Origin: Eledone cirrhosa
Lineage: Eukaryota
Length of the DNA: 64,000 bases
Assembly (NCBI GenBank): GCA_964016885.1
Contig: OZ024751.1
Coordinates: 8,990,001 to 9,054,000 of the forward strand
Direction: 5' to 3'
Numbering within the stretch: the stretch's first letter is position 1; every line of letters begins with the position of its first letter. Below, piece after piece: positions 50,581 through 64,000 of this stretch. The notes beneath the pieces were generated by a model that was not told where the DNA came from, did no database searches, and worked only from the letters and a program-made list of their open reading frames with translations. The translations under genes were made by a program, and so were the position numbers.

Positions 50581-52782
50581 GCTCTTCGTATGTAATGTAT
50601 TTAAAACATTAATTAGATGTTGATATACGAAAAACATTTTGACACAAACTGTGTTATTGGACACCTATTTAATCGTTCAGAAACAATCAACTGACTACGT
50701 TTCCCACACTTTTCCCAAGCTTCCTTGCAGTCGTGGCTTTTCAGCATTTGAAGCGATACGTTCCGTTATATGTGTATGGCTCTTTTCCTACAAACTAAAC
50801 TAAAATGAAAGATTAGTGACATATCTTTCTACAAATTCATTTCCATCCATCTTCCAAAGATACTGAGACCTACCTGTATATTTAACGATTGCTAATATCT
50901 GTGAATGTCTGAAGTCAATGATAAAAGGCGGCATGTTTTTTTTTACTCTTTAAATTTTCATTACACCATGTTCAATACGAGCGTATCTTTATTCTGAATT
51001 CCAATATCCAATTCAAATAAATAAAATACAAGATATTTCTGGCAATTGCATTCCTAAGAAGTGATTTGTAACTCATATTTAAGTACTTTTACTATAGTTT
51101 TGCTTCTATTTTATCTTCAATTATTTACTTCACTTAGTTTAAATAGTTGCGACATAGTTTCTATCCAGATTTAGAATTGAAGTTCTCTTCGTTAGTTAAC
51201 TGAATGACTGTTACACATATTTTAGTTATAAAACTCTATAACACATGACTTAGCTACATGCTATTCAACAAAATATTCTGCTACGTGATTTTTCTCCCAA
51301 AGTACAGTCACATCTTCTTCCTTTATTTACATAACGGGGAGTGCACAACATGATTGATTTTCATACTGATGCAACATCATATATAGGTTATACAGCCAGT
51401 TTCCATTCACCAAATATATAAGTTTTATTCCAACGTGTTTTTCATTCATTTATAATAAATATTCATAGGTTACTTACTTTCAAGCAATACGATTTGAATG
51501 TACATGTCTATGAGATAAATACATTGACTGAACCACTAATATATTTTAATCAGTGTATTTAATGCTCAGAAAAAAATATCTTTTAAGTAAATCCGTAGAA
51601 ATAGAGGAATGGGCTAGTTCTGATAGATGTTTTGTCTGGTATCTCTTTGACTGGAGCAACACTGGCCACCATTTCCCTATGTGTGTTTCAATAGAAGTCT
51701 ACCATCATTATCCTTAGTTGATTTAGTTTCAAATCACGTATTTTAATTGAATAGCTAGTTTAAAGCCGAGACGATTCATTTAACTTTCTTTTACTTATTA
51801 TGCATTATAATGAATTCAACATTAACTTTAAATGTTAATGTATTTGGGAGATTGTGTACATGATTGTACGTATATTTAGAGAAATACACATAACTATGTA
51901 ACCAAGTGTTTGTTCCTTAATAGCAACTGCTACATAATTAGTTAGATTTGAGAGAAAGCGTGTCTATTATCTCTGCAAATCTGGAGACACACGAGGAAAT
52001 CTGAATGACGTTTGTTATACCAGCATAATATCAATAAGGATTGTAGCCCAAACGGCAAATAAAATATTAATATATCTTCAACACATTCCAATATTTCATA
52101 CATGAATAATATGTAGTTTGAGTCAAACTTTCTATTTCTATATATTGCATGAACATCTTCACATATAGGTGTCTGTATAGGTGTCGGTAGGTGCGCGCGC
52201 ACGCGCCTGTGTGTGTGTGTGTGCATCTTGGTACACATAGAATTTCAAATTATATACATAATTTGTAAATCAGCGACAAATGAAAAACCTTGAATAAATA
52301 GGAGTTACTGGGATACAGCAATGAAAGAACTGGAAACGAAATCAGAATAGATTGCTAAATCAACAGGAAGTGAACGAATAGGGAGATCTAAATGAACCTC
52401 CCTACTAACTGCTATCGAGGTTTAATTGCCCACTTAGAGGTGAACCGCGCGAGTTGGAATGGCTACTCCAACGCGTCTGCCTAAGCAACCTCTGGGTCAA
52501 AGTTTTTTTTATATTTATTACGCGCGGGGCCAAGCAGCGGCCTCCTCGTTGACTCACATAAACCAGAGAACATCACATGTGCTTGAATCACTGGGGTAAC
52601 AAAGTTGGGTTTAACTGTTGTTGAATTTCAAGTATAATCAAGTTTTGTTTTCCTCGTTGATTGCTACAATACCTGTAGTAAAGCCATGACACGCATATCA
52701 CCAATCCTAGCCACTCTATATTTCTAGAAATTTGAAAAGACAACCAAAACAATAAAGAACGAGAGTCAAGTATATATATATA

Positions 52783-53091
<309 letters not shown>

Positions 53092-53298
53092 GGTAAGGTT
53101 GCTTGGATGCTTCCATAGGTGGTATGCCGATTGAGCACTCTATGCTCCTTCGGACCAGATATAATAATATGGAAAACGAAGAATCAGTGATGCATCGAAA
53201 CACAATTTATTAACGTACTACAATTTTTTCTCCGGCGAACAGCTCGAGGTGCGATCTAATTGTGGATCGAACCTAACTCTGGATTCGCAAGTTACTCA

Positions 53299-53350
53299 GG
53301 TTTTCCTGATGATTTCCTCTGAATGAAACAGTTCTAGTCCTGTAGAAGCC
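53299..53350 (+). ncRNA. Hammerhead ribozyme (mini-element family)
   Basis: GGTTTTC-CTGATGA-TTTC ctct GAAT-GAAA-CAG ttctagtc CTG-TA-GAAGCC. Confidence 0.8.
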
Positions 53351-53409
53351 ATGTCTCTCTCTATATATACACACATACATGATTCGTTTTCCACTGTCTC
53401 CCTCGCCTG

Positions 53410-53461
<52 letters not shown>

Positions 53462-53815
53462 GGGAGAGAGATAGAGAGAGAGTGAGAGAGTGAGAGAGAG
53501 AGAAAGAAAAGGGAAGAGAGAGAGAGTGAGAGAGTGGCGCTGGGACGGAGGAGACCACTAATCACGTGAGCACTCAATACATGGGTCAATGCAGAGTGGG
53601 TATAGAAATATGTAAAATCCCACCTGCGGCAACAACTGGTTTCGTCTTGTGTTCAGCAGGCATTTTCGAAACTACAACTTTGAAAGGCTTGCTAAACATA
53701 CAATCCGAAAGCACTTGGCGCCGCAGGCGGCATTTTAATTGTTCCTAAAACCACTCTGCATCGTACCATGTATTGTGTACTCGCATGATTAGTGGTCTCC
53801 CCTGTCCCAGCACCA

Positions 53816-53939
<124 letters not shown>

Positions 53940-54014
53940 GTATATAATATCAAGAAGAGAGACAGTGGGAAATGAGTCATGTATGTCTTCATATATATAT
54001 ATAGAGAGAGAAAT

Positions 54015-54062
54015 GGCTTCTACAAGACTAGAACTGTTTCTTTTGAAGGAAATCATCAGGCT
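54015..54062 (-). ncRNA. Hammerhead ribozyme, partly degenerate (mini-element family)
   Basis: Minus: CTGATGA-TTTCCTTCAAAA-GAAA-CAG..TTG-TA-GAAGCC. Confidence 0.55.
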
Positions 54063-54832
54063 TTCCTAATGCTTTCCCTCCAATGACGCAGTTCTAGTCC
54101 TGTAGAAGTCATTTTTATATGAAACTTATTGTATACACGCTACAAATGTATTGAGAATCTTGCATACTGTGGTTACGTCCCGATTGAACTCGGGTCTCAC
54201 ACACACACACACACACACCCCACACACATACAACCCGCCCCCCGACCCCCCACCGACACACACACACACTATATATATATATATATATTTGTTTTGGCAA
54301 TAAGTTACAAAATGTAAATTAATATGAATGACCTAATAGAGAATTTTATATTAATATTAGTTGAATAAATGCAGGAAATATCTATAGATTGTTCGAATTG
54401 TGAGCTTCTCAATAAAGAACAATTGACTATGAAACATGAAGCAACATAATTTACGTTAAAGTATCTGCATTGGCTTCGTTGTACAGCAGATGTTATTCAT
54501 ATGTTCATATCTGATTATAGTCAAATTTACATGGGAATATAGTGAATACGTTTGATGTTCAAATATTCTTTAGATATATCTTGACATTTCCACGTTGGAA
54601 ATGACTTGAATATCTCATTCTTAAGTTTGACTATCTATTTTAAACCTTCCTTGTTTTATTTTGAAATGGATTGTAAAAGTAATACAGGCAGATTGGAGAT
54701 GTGAGGTATATGTCAGAAGGTGAGTAAGGAATACAGACATCTGGAAGTTTCTAAGAAGTACTACATTATGAACATGACGATGGTGATCAGATAGATGAAG
54801 TAGAAAGAGAATAAATAATATTCACATGATGA

Positions 54833-54879
54833 GTGTTGTTGTTGTTGTTATTATTATAAATATTATTATTATTATTATC

Positions 54880-54952
<73 letters not shown>

Positions 54953-55131
54953 ATGGCGGGTGTAGGGGCGGGGTGGTAGTAGTAGTATTGTAATGATAAT
55001 ATGTATAGCATGTATATTATGAAAAATGACGAGCGTTATAAATATCTACAGCAGAAGTAGTAGTAGTAGTAGCAGCAGCAGCAGCAGCAGCAACAGTAGT
55101 ATTAGTGGTGATGGTGGTGGTGATGGTGCTG

Positions 55132-55172
<41 letters not shown>

Positions 55173-55191
55173 GGTGGTGGTGGTGGTGGTG

Positions 55192-55242
<51 letters not shown>

Positions 55243-55265
55243 TGGTAATGATAATAATAATAATA
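54833..55265. repeat. Mixed trinucleotide repeats (TAG, GGT, CAG, TTA)
   Basis: Direct reading. Confidence 0.92.
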
Positions 55266-56049
55266 TAAATAATAATAAGTAAAGCATCTATATTATGAAA
55301 AATGAAAGAAAAAAGTGGGCTAACATAATGAGATTTGACATGTGTGTAAGGATGGTATAAACAGAAACTCCGTATTAATTTCTCTGCCGAGGTTAACTTT
55401 GCCTTTCATCCTTACGGGGTCGATAAAATAAAGTACCAGTAATGTACTGGGTAATTTTCTGGCCTTGTGCCAATAGTAGAAACAATTAATTTCTCTGCTG
55501 CTTAAATATTCGGCTTAGAATGGATTTGTCGCAGAATATGTGGCCGACAGTAATAATAGAAATGTTTTGCATCTTTTTTTATTTTTTATCGGTTTTTACC
55601 GAGTTTATTTTATGTCGAAGGATAGTTCGGAACGGTTTATATTTCGCATCGCATTTTTTTTTTTTTTACTTCAATGATCAAATGTCGTTAGTAGTAAGAT
55701 AATAAGAGGAACTTCAATCGATTATAGAATAGTTTACGAGATAATGTCATTGTTTTAGAAGTAGCCTCTGTCGGTTTTCAAATATGATCAGATTTTTTTT
55801 CTCTCGCTTCATTTATACAGATAAGGTTGTGGGGAAGTAGTTTAAAGAGCACAGTAGACTATACTTCCAATTAAGTGTTGCTACTCTGAATATGAAACAA
55901 TTCTATTACAGCGAAATTTATCGTATATTTAGGAAAGACTATCATTGGTATTAGTTTCTGTATATATATTAAAACATTATGTGCATGATCTATACGTCAC
56001 AATTGCATCACATGATACACAAATCACACAGAAATGTGTTGAGGGTATG

Positions 56050-56475
56050 GGGAAGGTTGAGTAATGACCGAAAGAATACGATCGCGAATAGAAGTGGCTG
56101 AAATGGGATACCTCCAAAGGGTCTTTGAAGTAACGTTACTCGATAAAGTGCGTAACTCAGAGATCAGATGGTCACTCCAAGCAGAGCGTTTACTTCTGCA
56201 AATTGAGAGATCACAGCTCCGATACTATGGGCATGTGGTTAGAATATCAAAGGAATGAACCACTGGACAGAATTTACGGGCAAGAGACCCAGGGGCTGAC
56301 CCGAGCAAGAGGGTTGGATAGCATCCATAAGCTCGGCTGGTCAAGCTTGGGGATCCAGCCGGATCATTTGCAGACGGTTGGTTCTGACAGGACCCCCTGG
56401 ATGGTGTGTTTGAGAACTGTGCCCCTACAACCCTCACAGGAATGAGTGGGTGAAGAAGAAGAAAGAGGAAAAGAA
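56050..56475 (+). pseudogene. RTE LINE 3' fragment
   Basis: AEMGYLQRV..LDKVRNSEIR..QLRYYGHVVR; GAA-rich tail. Confidence 0.75.
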
Positions 56476-57125
56476 GCATGATGTAAGCTTCCGGTTGTCT
56501 TTAGATTATCTGGGTATTCTTTTCATAAGCTCACGAACGTATTTTATATTTCATCCTTGTAAATATTTCTAATATAATATCACTGAATATTTATTTTAAC
56601 TGGAAACGAATAATTGATTCTACCTTTCCAAGATTCCCTAATACAATGAATTTTATAGATAAATATCTGGACAGAACTTTCCCATTTTCTAAACCTCGTA
56701 TGAGATTACGTGTGCCAGGAAATACACAGGAATCTCATCTGCGTTGGACGATGGTCCGTCACTGGCTCAAACCCTAGCAGTTGCTGGTAGTCATTCGTTT
56801 CAGTCGGATGAATATAAATAACAATATGGAATTTAAACATCCGAGTTCAAACACACGTTCTCTCAATTATTGGCCTAACAACTCCAACACAAGTTATACA
56901 TATAATCTGATTAGAGCAAACAGCACGAGCACTCTATCGCAAAATTATTTTTGAAAAGCATTAGAAATGCGCAACCGGTAAATACTTAAAACTAAAATTG
57001 AATACTAACCAATACTTATTATTAATTTATACTTATTCCTAATTAAACTATTTTTCGCTGGGAAAAATTTGTTAGTATTTTCTTTTCCTTTTTACTAATA
57101 TATCACAACTCGTGTGTCACATCTC

Positions 57126-57177
<52 letters not shown>

Positions 57178-57180
<3 letters not shown>

Positions 57181-60100
57181 AATATCTTTAAGTCGTTTGG
57201 AAGCCTCGACAATGCATATGGGTAAATCTCCGGGTAACAAGATCCGGTGGTGGGGACAGAGATGTAAGTGGGTGTACGTTGAGATGCGTGGTGTGTATAA
57301 GATGCGTAAGATGTGTAGAAGAATGAAGGGAAGAGTATAATGGATGAAATAAAAATAACAACACAAGAGAGAGTACCTTGGGAGAGATTTAATAGTCCCT
57401 ATATATTTCGGATTCACATCCATCAACTGGGTTTTTTTTTTCCGGGGTGGGGGAAAGGTTGTCTGTCGGACAGGTGCGAAACGCGTCCTCCGCTGTTTGT
57501 TGTTTTGAATATCTGAGGTATTCGGCAGAGCGCGCGTGCGCGTGAAATGGGGTCGGTCGGGCAGAGGTCAGCGGCCAAATGAGGGAGTGGGGTGGTGCTA
57601 GCTGTCAGTCCATTCTCTGCCTGTTTGTGAAATGTTACTGTGTGTGTGTGTTGTCTCGCTTGAGTGTGTGTGTGTGCGTGTGTTGTTGCCTTGTTCCTCT
57701 GTATTGTCAGTGTAGTATGTTCGTATGGTGGAATGATACTGTGTGTGTGTGCGTGTGTGTGTGTAGTTGTCTCGTTTGTGTGTGTGTGCGTGTGTTGTGC
57801 ATCGTTTGTTAACTTAAACCAGCCATCTCATTTCGCTTCTCTCTGATCGATTGTTTATTTGCGGTTGCAGACGTTTGATAAAAAGCGCTTCCTCGATACG
57901 TAACGTGCCGACGTTTCTTTCAGTCGCTAAAATTGTGACAATGGGCCTTCCGTCTTTGTTTCCGCATTTGTCTATGTGTTTCCGGAAAGACGAGGCCCTG
58001 GTTTTGGTGTGTTCCTTGATCCGGATGTGCAGCGGCCGGATTGTGCTACCTATGTAGTATTGGTTGCACCTGTCACATTCTATCTTATACACGACGTATG
58101 TGCGTAGGCAACAGTCCGCATGGCGTATCGGGCAGTCTCTGAGGGAGCATGCGTCAGTAGATTTCCGGGTTTCCTGGAGAGGCATCTTCGCAGGGAGGGG
58201 CCAGAGTGGGCCAGGTGGATGTCGAGGCCCTCCCTCCGTATAGCCTTGCGGATAGCGTTGGTAGTATTCTCCCCCTGGTGTGGCATTTTAAGGAAGCACT
58301 TGCCTTGGGTGCCTCTCTGTCTCTTGTGTCTGGTGTCTCCTATTCTGTCTGTGATCGAGGTAGGGTACCCGTTCGTCTCCAGCACCTCGAGGAATCGCTT
58401 GGTATGAGTGACACCACTCGCGGGATCGCTGCATCTGTTTTTGATTCGCGCGATCTCGTTCGTGACGTATCCTCTTTTGGCACTGTTAGGGAGGGCGGAC
58501 TTGTAGTGAACGAACAGGTCCCTGCAGGCTGCCTTTCGGTAGAAGTTGCAGTAGATCCTTTCTTGTTCCGTGGTGTTGATTCGGAAGTCGAGGAGGGCAA
58601 GTGACCCGTCTTCGTTGGGGTGTTCAACACTGAAGTCAATGTTCTCGTCCGTGTTGTTGAACGTCTCATAGATTCTGTTCGCCGTGTCTTGGGAAGATGT
58701 GATGATGAGGATATCGTCCACGTACCTTGAGAAAAAGGGGCTACGGCGTTGGGGTGGTAGGCGTTGTGTGCGTTGCGTTCGAGGTTGTCCATGTAAGAGA
58801 TCGCTAGCACACCTGATAGGCTTGATCCCATGGGCAATCCCGAGGTTTGTTGGTATGTTTGGTCAAGGAATCCGAAGTAGGTGTTGTCGACGACGATGGA
58901 TAGGAGTTGGTGGATGTCAGTGGTGGTGAGCCCGAAGCAGTGTAGGTCGGTGGATTGGACGCGTTCCATCAGTATATTGACGGCCGGGAGTGCCGGGACC
59001 GAGGTGTAGAAAGCGACTACATCAAGGCTGAAGGCATATCTGTTATTCCTTCTGGTATCGGGATCCATTTGATGCAGGCGCTTCAACATCTCCTCGGAGC
59101 TGTTAACGTGTCCCAGCAAGGTGTCTAAGATGGGTTTGTTTATTCTGGCTAGGAGCCATGAAATTTTGTAGAGTGGTCCCTCCACGCTCGATACGATGGG
59201 CCTAATCTTCAGGTCGGGTCCCTGTTTGTCTGTTTTCACGAGATGGTAGAAGGCGGGTAGTCTGCTGTTCCTCGTGAGGAGGTTGTATCTCAGCTTCTTC
59301 GGGAGCTTCCGCCGGTCGCAGATGTTGGTCCAGGCGGTGTTGATGTGCTCTTCTATCTGCCTGGGAGTGATTCCCGTGACCTTGGAGTAGTGGTTGTCAT
59401 CGTCAAGGTGTTGGAGAGCCAGGGTGTTGTAGGCCTCTCTGCTGATGACGCAGAATTATTTTCCCTTTTCGGAGGGGAGATAGATGAGGTTCTTCGATTT
59501 TAGGTTGGAGAGAGTGGTGGGGTGAGATTTGGTGAGGTTATGTGTTGTGCGTGTGTGTGTGTGAAGTATATCCGAGATGGAGAGTTTTAGCCTGATGAGT
59601 TTAGTGTCGAGTTCGTGGTAGAGTGGGTTATCGGGGTGGTAAGTGGGGAACTTGGGGTGGGTTGCGTGGGCGCTGTTATTTTCTGTGGCGCTGTTGATGG
59701 CGGTCACCCATTTAAGTTGGTAAGCGGCTCGACAAAAGTTGGCCTCGATGTTGAGTTTGTGTCTGTCGCCGAGACGTTGTGAGACGATGAACTTGGGTCC
59801 GAGGTGTAGGAGTTTCAGCTCGTCGCTCGTGAGAGTGCCGGTTAGTTCGGTGACCAGGTGCATCGCATCGTTGAGGTATGGCCCGGTGTTGTTGGATGCG
59901 GCGGTGGCGGTTGTTAAGTTGTTGTTTCCCACGTGGTTCTGGTCCGTCTGTTCGTTAGTGTCGATGTTCTCGTTGTGGCGTTTCGACAAGATCCACTCAT
60001 ATTTTCGCTTGAGTCATTTTTTCCGGTATTGGACTCTGGAGTGGTAGCACTGGTCGATTGATTTAGTGATTTTCAGGAGCAAGTCCTCGGGTGCTATTGA

Positions 60101-60861
60101 CAGTCGATGTGTCCGCTCTGAGAGTGTCCGCTTATGGACGTGTTATTGGCGGTTGAGATGTCTCAGGATCTGTTTAATACTAGTGCGATGTATGCGGTTA
60201 GTGGTGTTTTGGAAAGCTGATGTAAGTAGGCTTACTGGTAAGCGGATGTTCCTGATGGTGTTGGGGATGACATCGTTTTTTAGGCAGCGTTTCAGGAAAA
60301 TAATTTGGCAGCCAGCGTTGGCCCATTTCTCCGACAGTCTAAACAGTTCCCTTACGGATGCAAACAATTCCTGGCTCAGGTGTAAGGATAAGAGAGTATT
60401 GAAGTTTGCTTGAAGCATTGTGGAATAATAAGTAAATATCTTTAAGTCGTTTGGAAGCCTCGACAATTCAAATGGGTAAATCTCCGGGAAACAAGATCCG
60501 GTGGTGGAGACAGAAATGTAAGTGGGTGTACGTTGAGATGCGTGGTGTGTATAAGATGCGTAAGATGTGTAGAAGAATGAAGGGAAGAGTATAAAGGATA
60601 AAATAAAAATAACAACACAAGAGAGAGTTACCTTGGGAGAGATTTAATAGTCCCTATATATTTCGGATTCACATCCATCAAATGGGAGTTTTTTTCCGGG
60701 GTGGGGGAAAGGTTGTCTGTCGGACAGGTGCGAAACGCGTCCTCCGCTGTTTGTTGTTTTAAATATCTGAGGTATTCGGCAGAGCGCACGTGCGCGTGAA
60801 ATGGGGTCGGTCGGGCAGAGGTCAGCGGCCGAATGAGGGAGTGGGGTGGTGCTAGCTGTCA
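57178..60861 (-). mobile_element. Full-length decayed PLE bounded by about 430-bp direct pLTRs (60432-60861 and 57178-57607)
   Basis: N-terminal FLKRCLKNDVIP, LHLGPKF; RT IRPIVS, FSLDVVAFYTSVP, GLPMGSSLSG, RYVDD, LLDF; GIY-YIG VVY..YIGST; several frameshifts. Confidence 0.92.
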
Positions 60862-60897
60862 AGGTTAGGGTTAGGTTATATATATATATATGTAATA

Positions 60898-61266
60898 TAG
60901 CAGGTGAGTTTTATTGTAGCACAATAAAGCAATGCAAATATTGAATAAGTAGCACTCAACAGTTTATAGGACTGGAGTATAAATAATATAAAATCAAAAG
61001 ATGGTTAAAAGACTTCCATGTATTTTATTATGCGCATTTCAAAAACAAATATCATCATGGGATGATATTTGCGTTCTCATCGGATAAAATAGTGAGACAT
61101 GATATGTTGATTTAACACTTCACTGCTCGCAAGTGTTTTTTAAGCTTCATATAATGTCTCCCTATTTTATCTGATGAGAACGCAAATATCATCCCATGAT
61201 GATATTTGTTTTTGAAATGCGCATAATAAAATACATGGAACTCTTTTAACTATCTTTTGATTTTAA
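60898..61266 (-). mobile_element. Non-coding fold-back derivative of the PLE family at 25185-28260
   Basis: 60995-61105 matches 25193-25305; arms 60990-61106/61148-61265; minus TTGAGTGCT at about 60950-60958. Confidence 0.85.
61163..61233 (+). ncRNA. Hammerhead ribozyme (mirror on - strand 61021-61091 with CCGATGA)
   Basis: TATTTTAT-CTGATGA-GAACGCAAATATCATC..GATGATATTTGTTTTT-GAAA-TGCGCA-TA-ATAAAATA. Confidence 0.88.
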
Positions 61267-61494
61267 ATTATATATATATATATATGTATGTATATTCAAA
61301 ATTAATTGTCGGAGAAGCTACTCTCCTTTGAGATTTGATTATATTCTTACACTATTATATTCAACACAAGAGAGAGAATGAAGGGTTCATTCTACTGACG
61401 TGGTTATAACATTGAGACTGGTTTGCATCATTGCAAACGAATTGAATGTTTTTATTAATAATAATTATTTCTACTTTTGCCACAAGGCCACCAA

Positions 61495-61905
61495 TTATGC
61501 AGTACATTACTGGTACTTTATTTTATCGACCCCGTAAGGATGAAAGGCAAAGTTAACTTCGGCGGGATTTGGACTCAGATCATAAAGGGCCGTTTCTCTT
61601 TGCTGCTAAGCATGGTGTCTGCCTCTCTACCGATAAATAATAATTGTTTCTACTTTAGGCACAAGGCTAGCAATTACCCAGTTCATTACTGGTACTTTAT
61701 TTTATCGACCGATAAATAATAATGGTGGATTGACAGTATCGGTAGAGGGTCAGACGCCATGCTTTGCAGCGCAGTTACGTCACTTTACGAACTAAGTTCA
61801 AATCCCACCGAGGTTATCTTTGTTGTTCAGCCTTACAGGGTCGATAAAATAAAGTACCAGTAATTGCTGGGTAATTGCTGGCCATGTGCCAAAAGTAGAA
61901 ACACT
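61495..61905. mobile_element. Cluster of three tRNA-SINE pieces (two on -, one on +)
   Basis: Match to 9188-9366. Confidence 0.7.
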
Positions 61906-61959
61906 TATTAATATTCTAAAAACTCAGATTACACACACATATATATATATATATATATA

Positions 61960-62740
61960 CGGGGTAACAAATAATTGTTATATGCAGTCCACTTAGGTGT
62001 AGTCCAGTTATGGTACTCCGGGTAGTGGATGATAACAACGCTTGGCTAAGTTTGACTCAACAAGGCGTTTCCATAGTGATGCTGCGAGTACGCTGTAATT
62101 CCTATGTTGTAAACACTTGGAGTAATAATAAATCGGGAAAGAAGAGTGAAACGGTTTGCTATACAAAAAAGGTTTTTAATCTCATTGCTGACAATTGTTT
62201 CTCTGAACTGGTAGGTTTAGAGATCGCTATCCGCTTATTTTCACGTTACTCGATCGCCAATACAAAGTTATAACCAGTCAGTTCATCGGAGCTTGCGAGA
62301 ATGAAGAGAATATACAGGCATGGAAAGAATATACAGGCTACTATATGCAGAAGTAATGGCATTCAGTTAGAACAATAACAACAATATCAACAATGCTACC
62401 AATAAATTATTCGAAATAATCACATCAATCTAGGTGGGAAGTATAGTATGTCTAAGATTTTAGCGTGTAAAACTAGCTGACATGAGGCAGCTGTATAAAA
62501 TTGACATGCATATAGTAGCCTGCATATAGTAGCCTGTATATTCTTTCCATGCCTGTATATTCTCTTCATTCTCGCAAGCTCCGATGAACTGCCTGGTTAT
62601 AACTTTGAATTTTGCGATCGAGTAACGTGAAAATAAGCGGATAGCGATCTCTAGACCTACCAGTTCAGAGAAACAATTGTCACCAATGAAATTAAAAACC
62701 TTTTTTGTATAGCAAACCGTGTCACTCTTCTTTCCTGATT

Positions 62741-62745
<5 letters not shown>
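61960..62745 (-). mobile_element. Inverted-repeat element with two long-stem-II HHRs
   Basis: Arms about 62124-62350/62519-62745; (TA)n flanks. Confidence 0.78.
62180..62300 (-). ncRNA. Hammerhead ribozyme, CCGATGA core, about 82-nt stem II domain (mirror on + strand 62570-62690)
   Basis: Minus: TCTC..GCT-CCGATGA-ACTGACTGG...CCAGTTCAGA-GAAA-CAATTG-TC-AGCAATGAGA. Confidence 0.7.
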
Positions 62746-62794
<49 letters not shown>

Positions 62795-62797
<3 letters not shown>

Positions 62798-62985
62798 GAA
62801 GAGCTTCTACAGGATTAGAACTGTTTCATTTGTGAGAAATCATCAGGAGATTCCTGATCATTTCTCACGAATGAACCAGTTCTAGTCCTGTAGAAGCTCT
62901 TCTATATTAAAACATTTAGACACTGCTATGTATTGAGTACCTTACTTACTGTGGTTACATCCGATTCAACCCGGAATAACTTATA
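62795..62985 (+). mobile_element. Mini fold-back two-HHR element (- copy 62802-62850 has intact core; + copy mutated CTGATCA/GAAC)
   Basis: Matches 29681-29864. Confidence 0.8.
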
Positions 62986-64000
62986 ATATATATGTATATA
63001 TATTTATATATATATATACGCCAGGATTAATACTACAGATTATGAAGCTCAAGGTGACATTTTAACGAAGAAAGAAATCTATGATGCAGCTTCAATTTGA
63101 GGTTTTATCTATCACACTTCATTTATGTATTTAATATATAAATAATAATTGTATATAAGTAATACATTCAATTTTGCGTCTTTCATTGAATTCAATACAG
63201 CTAATTATGTTTTGATGTATACGTCTTGTTATGAGATATTAATCAATCGCATGTAAGTATTAGATATTAGTTAGATAAATAAACAGGGTTAGATTTATTC
63301 CTAAATGCAAGAAATGTTATATCTCAGCATGTATTCACTTAAATGTTTCAGAGAATACTTGTACCTGGTGTGAACAAGTTTAAAATGCATATATTTTATA
63401 TTAAGTATGACATTTGGTGCAACTGAAATCTACTCTAGTTTATGATGCGGGTATGTAATGGGTCAGAAATTTATTTCATTTCCTATGGATATTTAATTTC
63501 CTCACCTGGTTTATAGCCTCTCGTTAGAACCAAGCATTCATGAACAGACCCCTCAAAGAAACCATACCACCTAGAAATATTGACAGCAAATATTTGATTT
63601 CGATCTCGATATTATTGTAACAGTCGTTCTATTGCCTTCTCAGAAGGTTTATTTCTTTTTTTTTACTTTTTGCAATCAAGAAGAACAAGAACAACAGTCC
63701 GAAATATTGAATAAACTTGCTCGTAACTATTCTTCTCAAGGTCAAACAAATATTACAATAACGTGAAATCCTCGTTTTCTATGGTTGTTGATTTATTTTG
63801 TTCCCGATATTTTTCTCAGATATTTTTGAAGCTGACACAGTACCTTATTTCCTCAGTTTGCCCTGAATAAAGATTACTCTGAATCTATGATTATTCTCTT
63901 CCTTGTTGATGATGAAAATCCTCATAAAAACAACTTCAATATATTTCATACAAGCGCAGAGATGTTTCAAAGATTTTAGAGAGCATACACACATAATATA

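Overview
AT-rich, repeat-saturated eukaryotic DNA, most likely intronic or intergenic. It is probably from an octopod cephalopod, inferred from the SINE families, the 5S sequence and the (TA)n load. No host gene is confidently seen, and most listed ORFs are microsatellite artefacts. Recognisable elements: one RTE-clade LINE with an uninterrupted ORF (14053-16950), several decayed RTE/CR1 LINEs, five Penelope-like element (PLE) remnants, a mariner pseudogene, Helitron-like elements, tRNA-SINEs and a 5S rRNA copy fused to a SINE-type tail. The main signal is about 30 type-I hammerhead ribozyme (HHR) motifs found by eye, from at least a dozen unrelated sequence families. Nearly all sit in small non-coding fold-back elements inserted in (TA)n tracts, and most share a TYGAG motif 30-70 nt before the 3' junction. 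One family links directly to a coding PLE in this window. Variants include a 316-bp retrozyme-like tandem with a U3:A8 core, HHRs with roughly 80-115 nt stem II domains, and a 180-bp element made of two back-to-back ribozymes. All structures and coordinates were derived manually and need computational confirmation.
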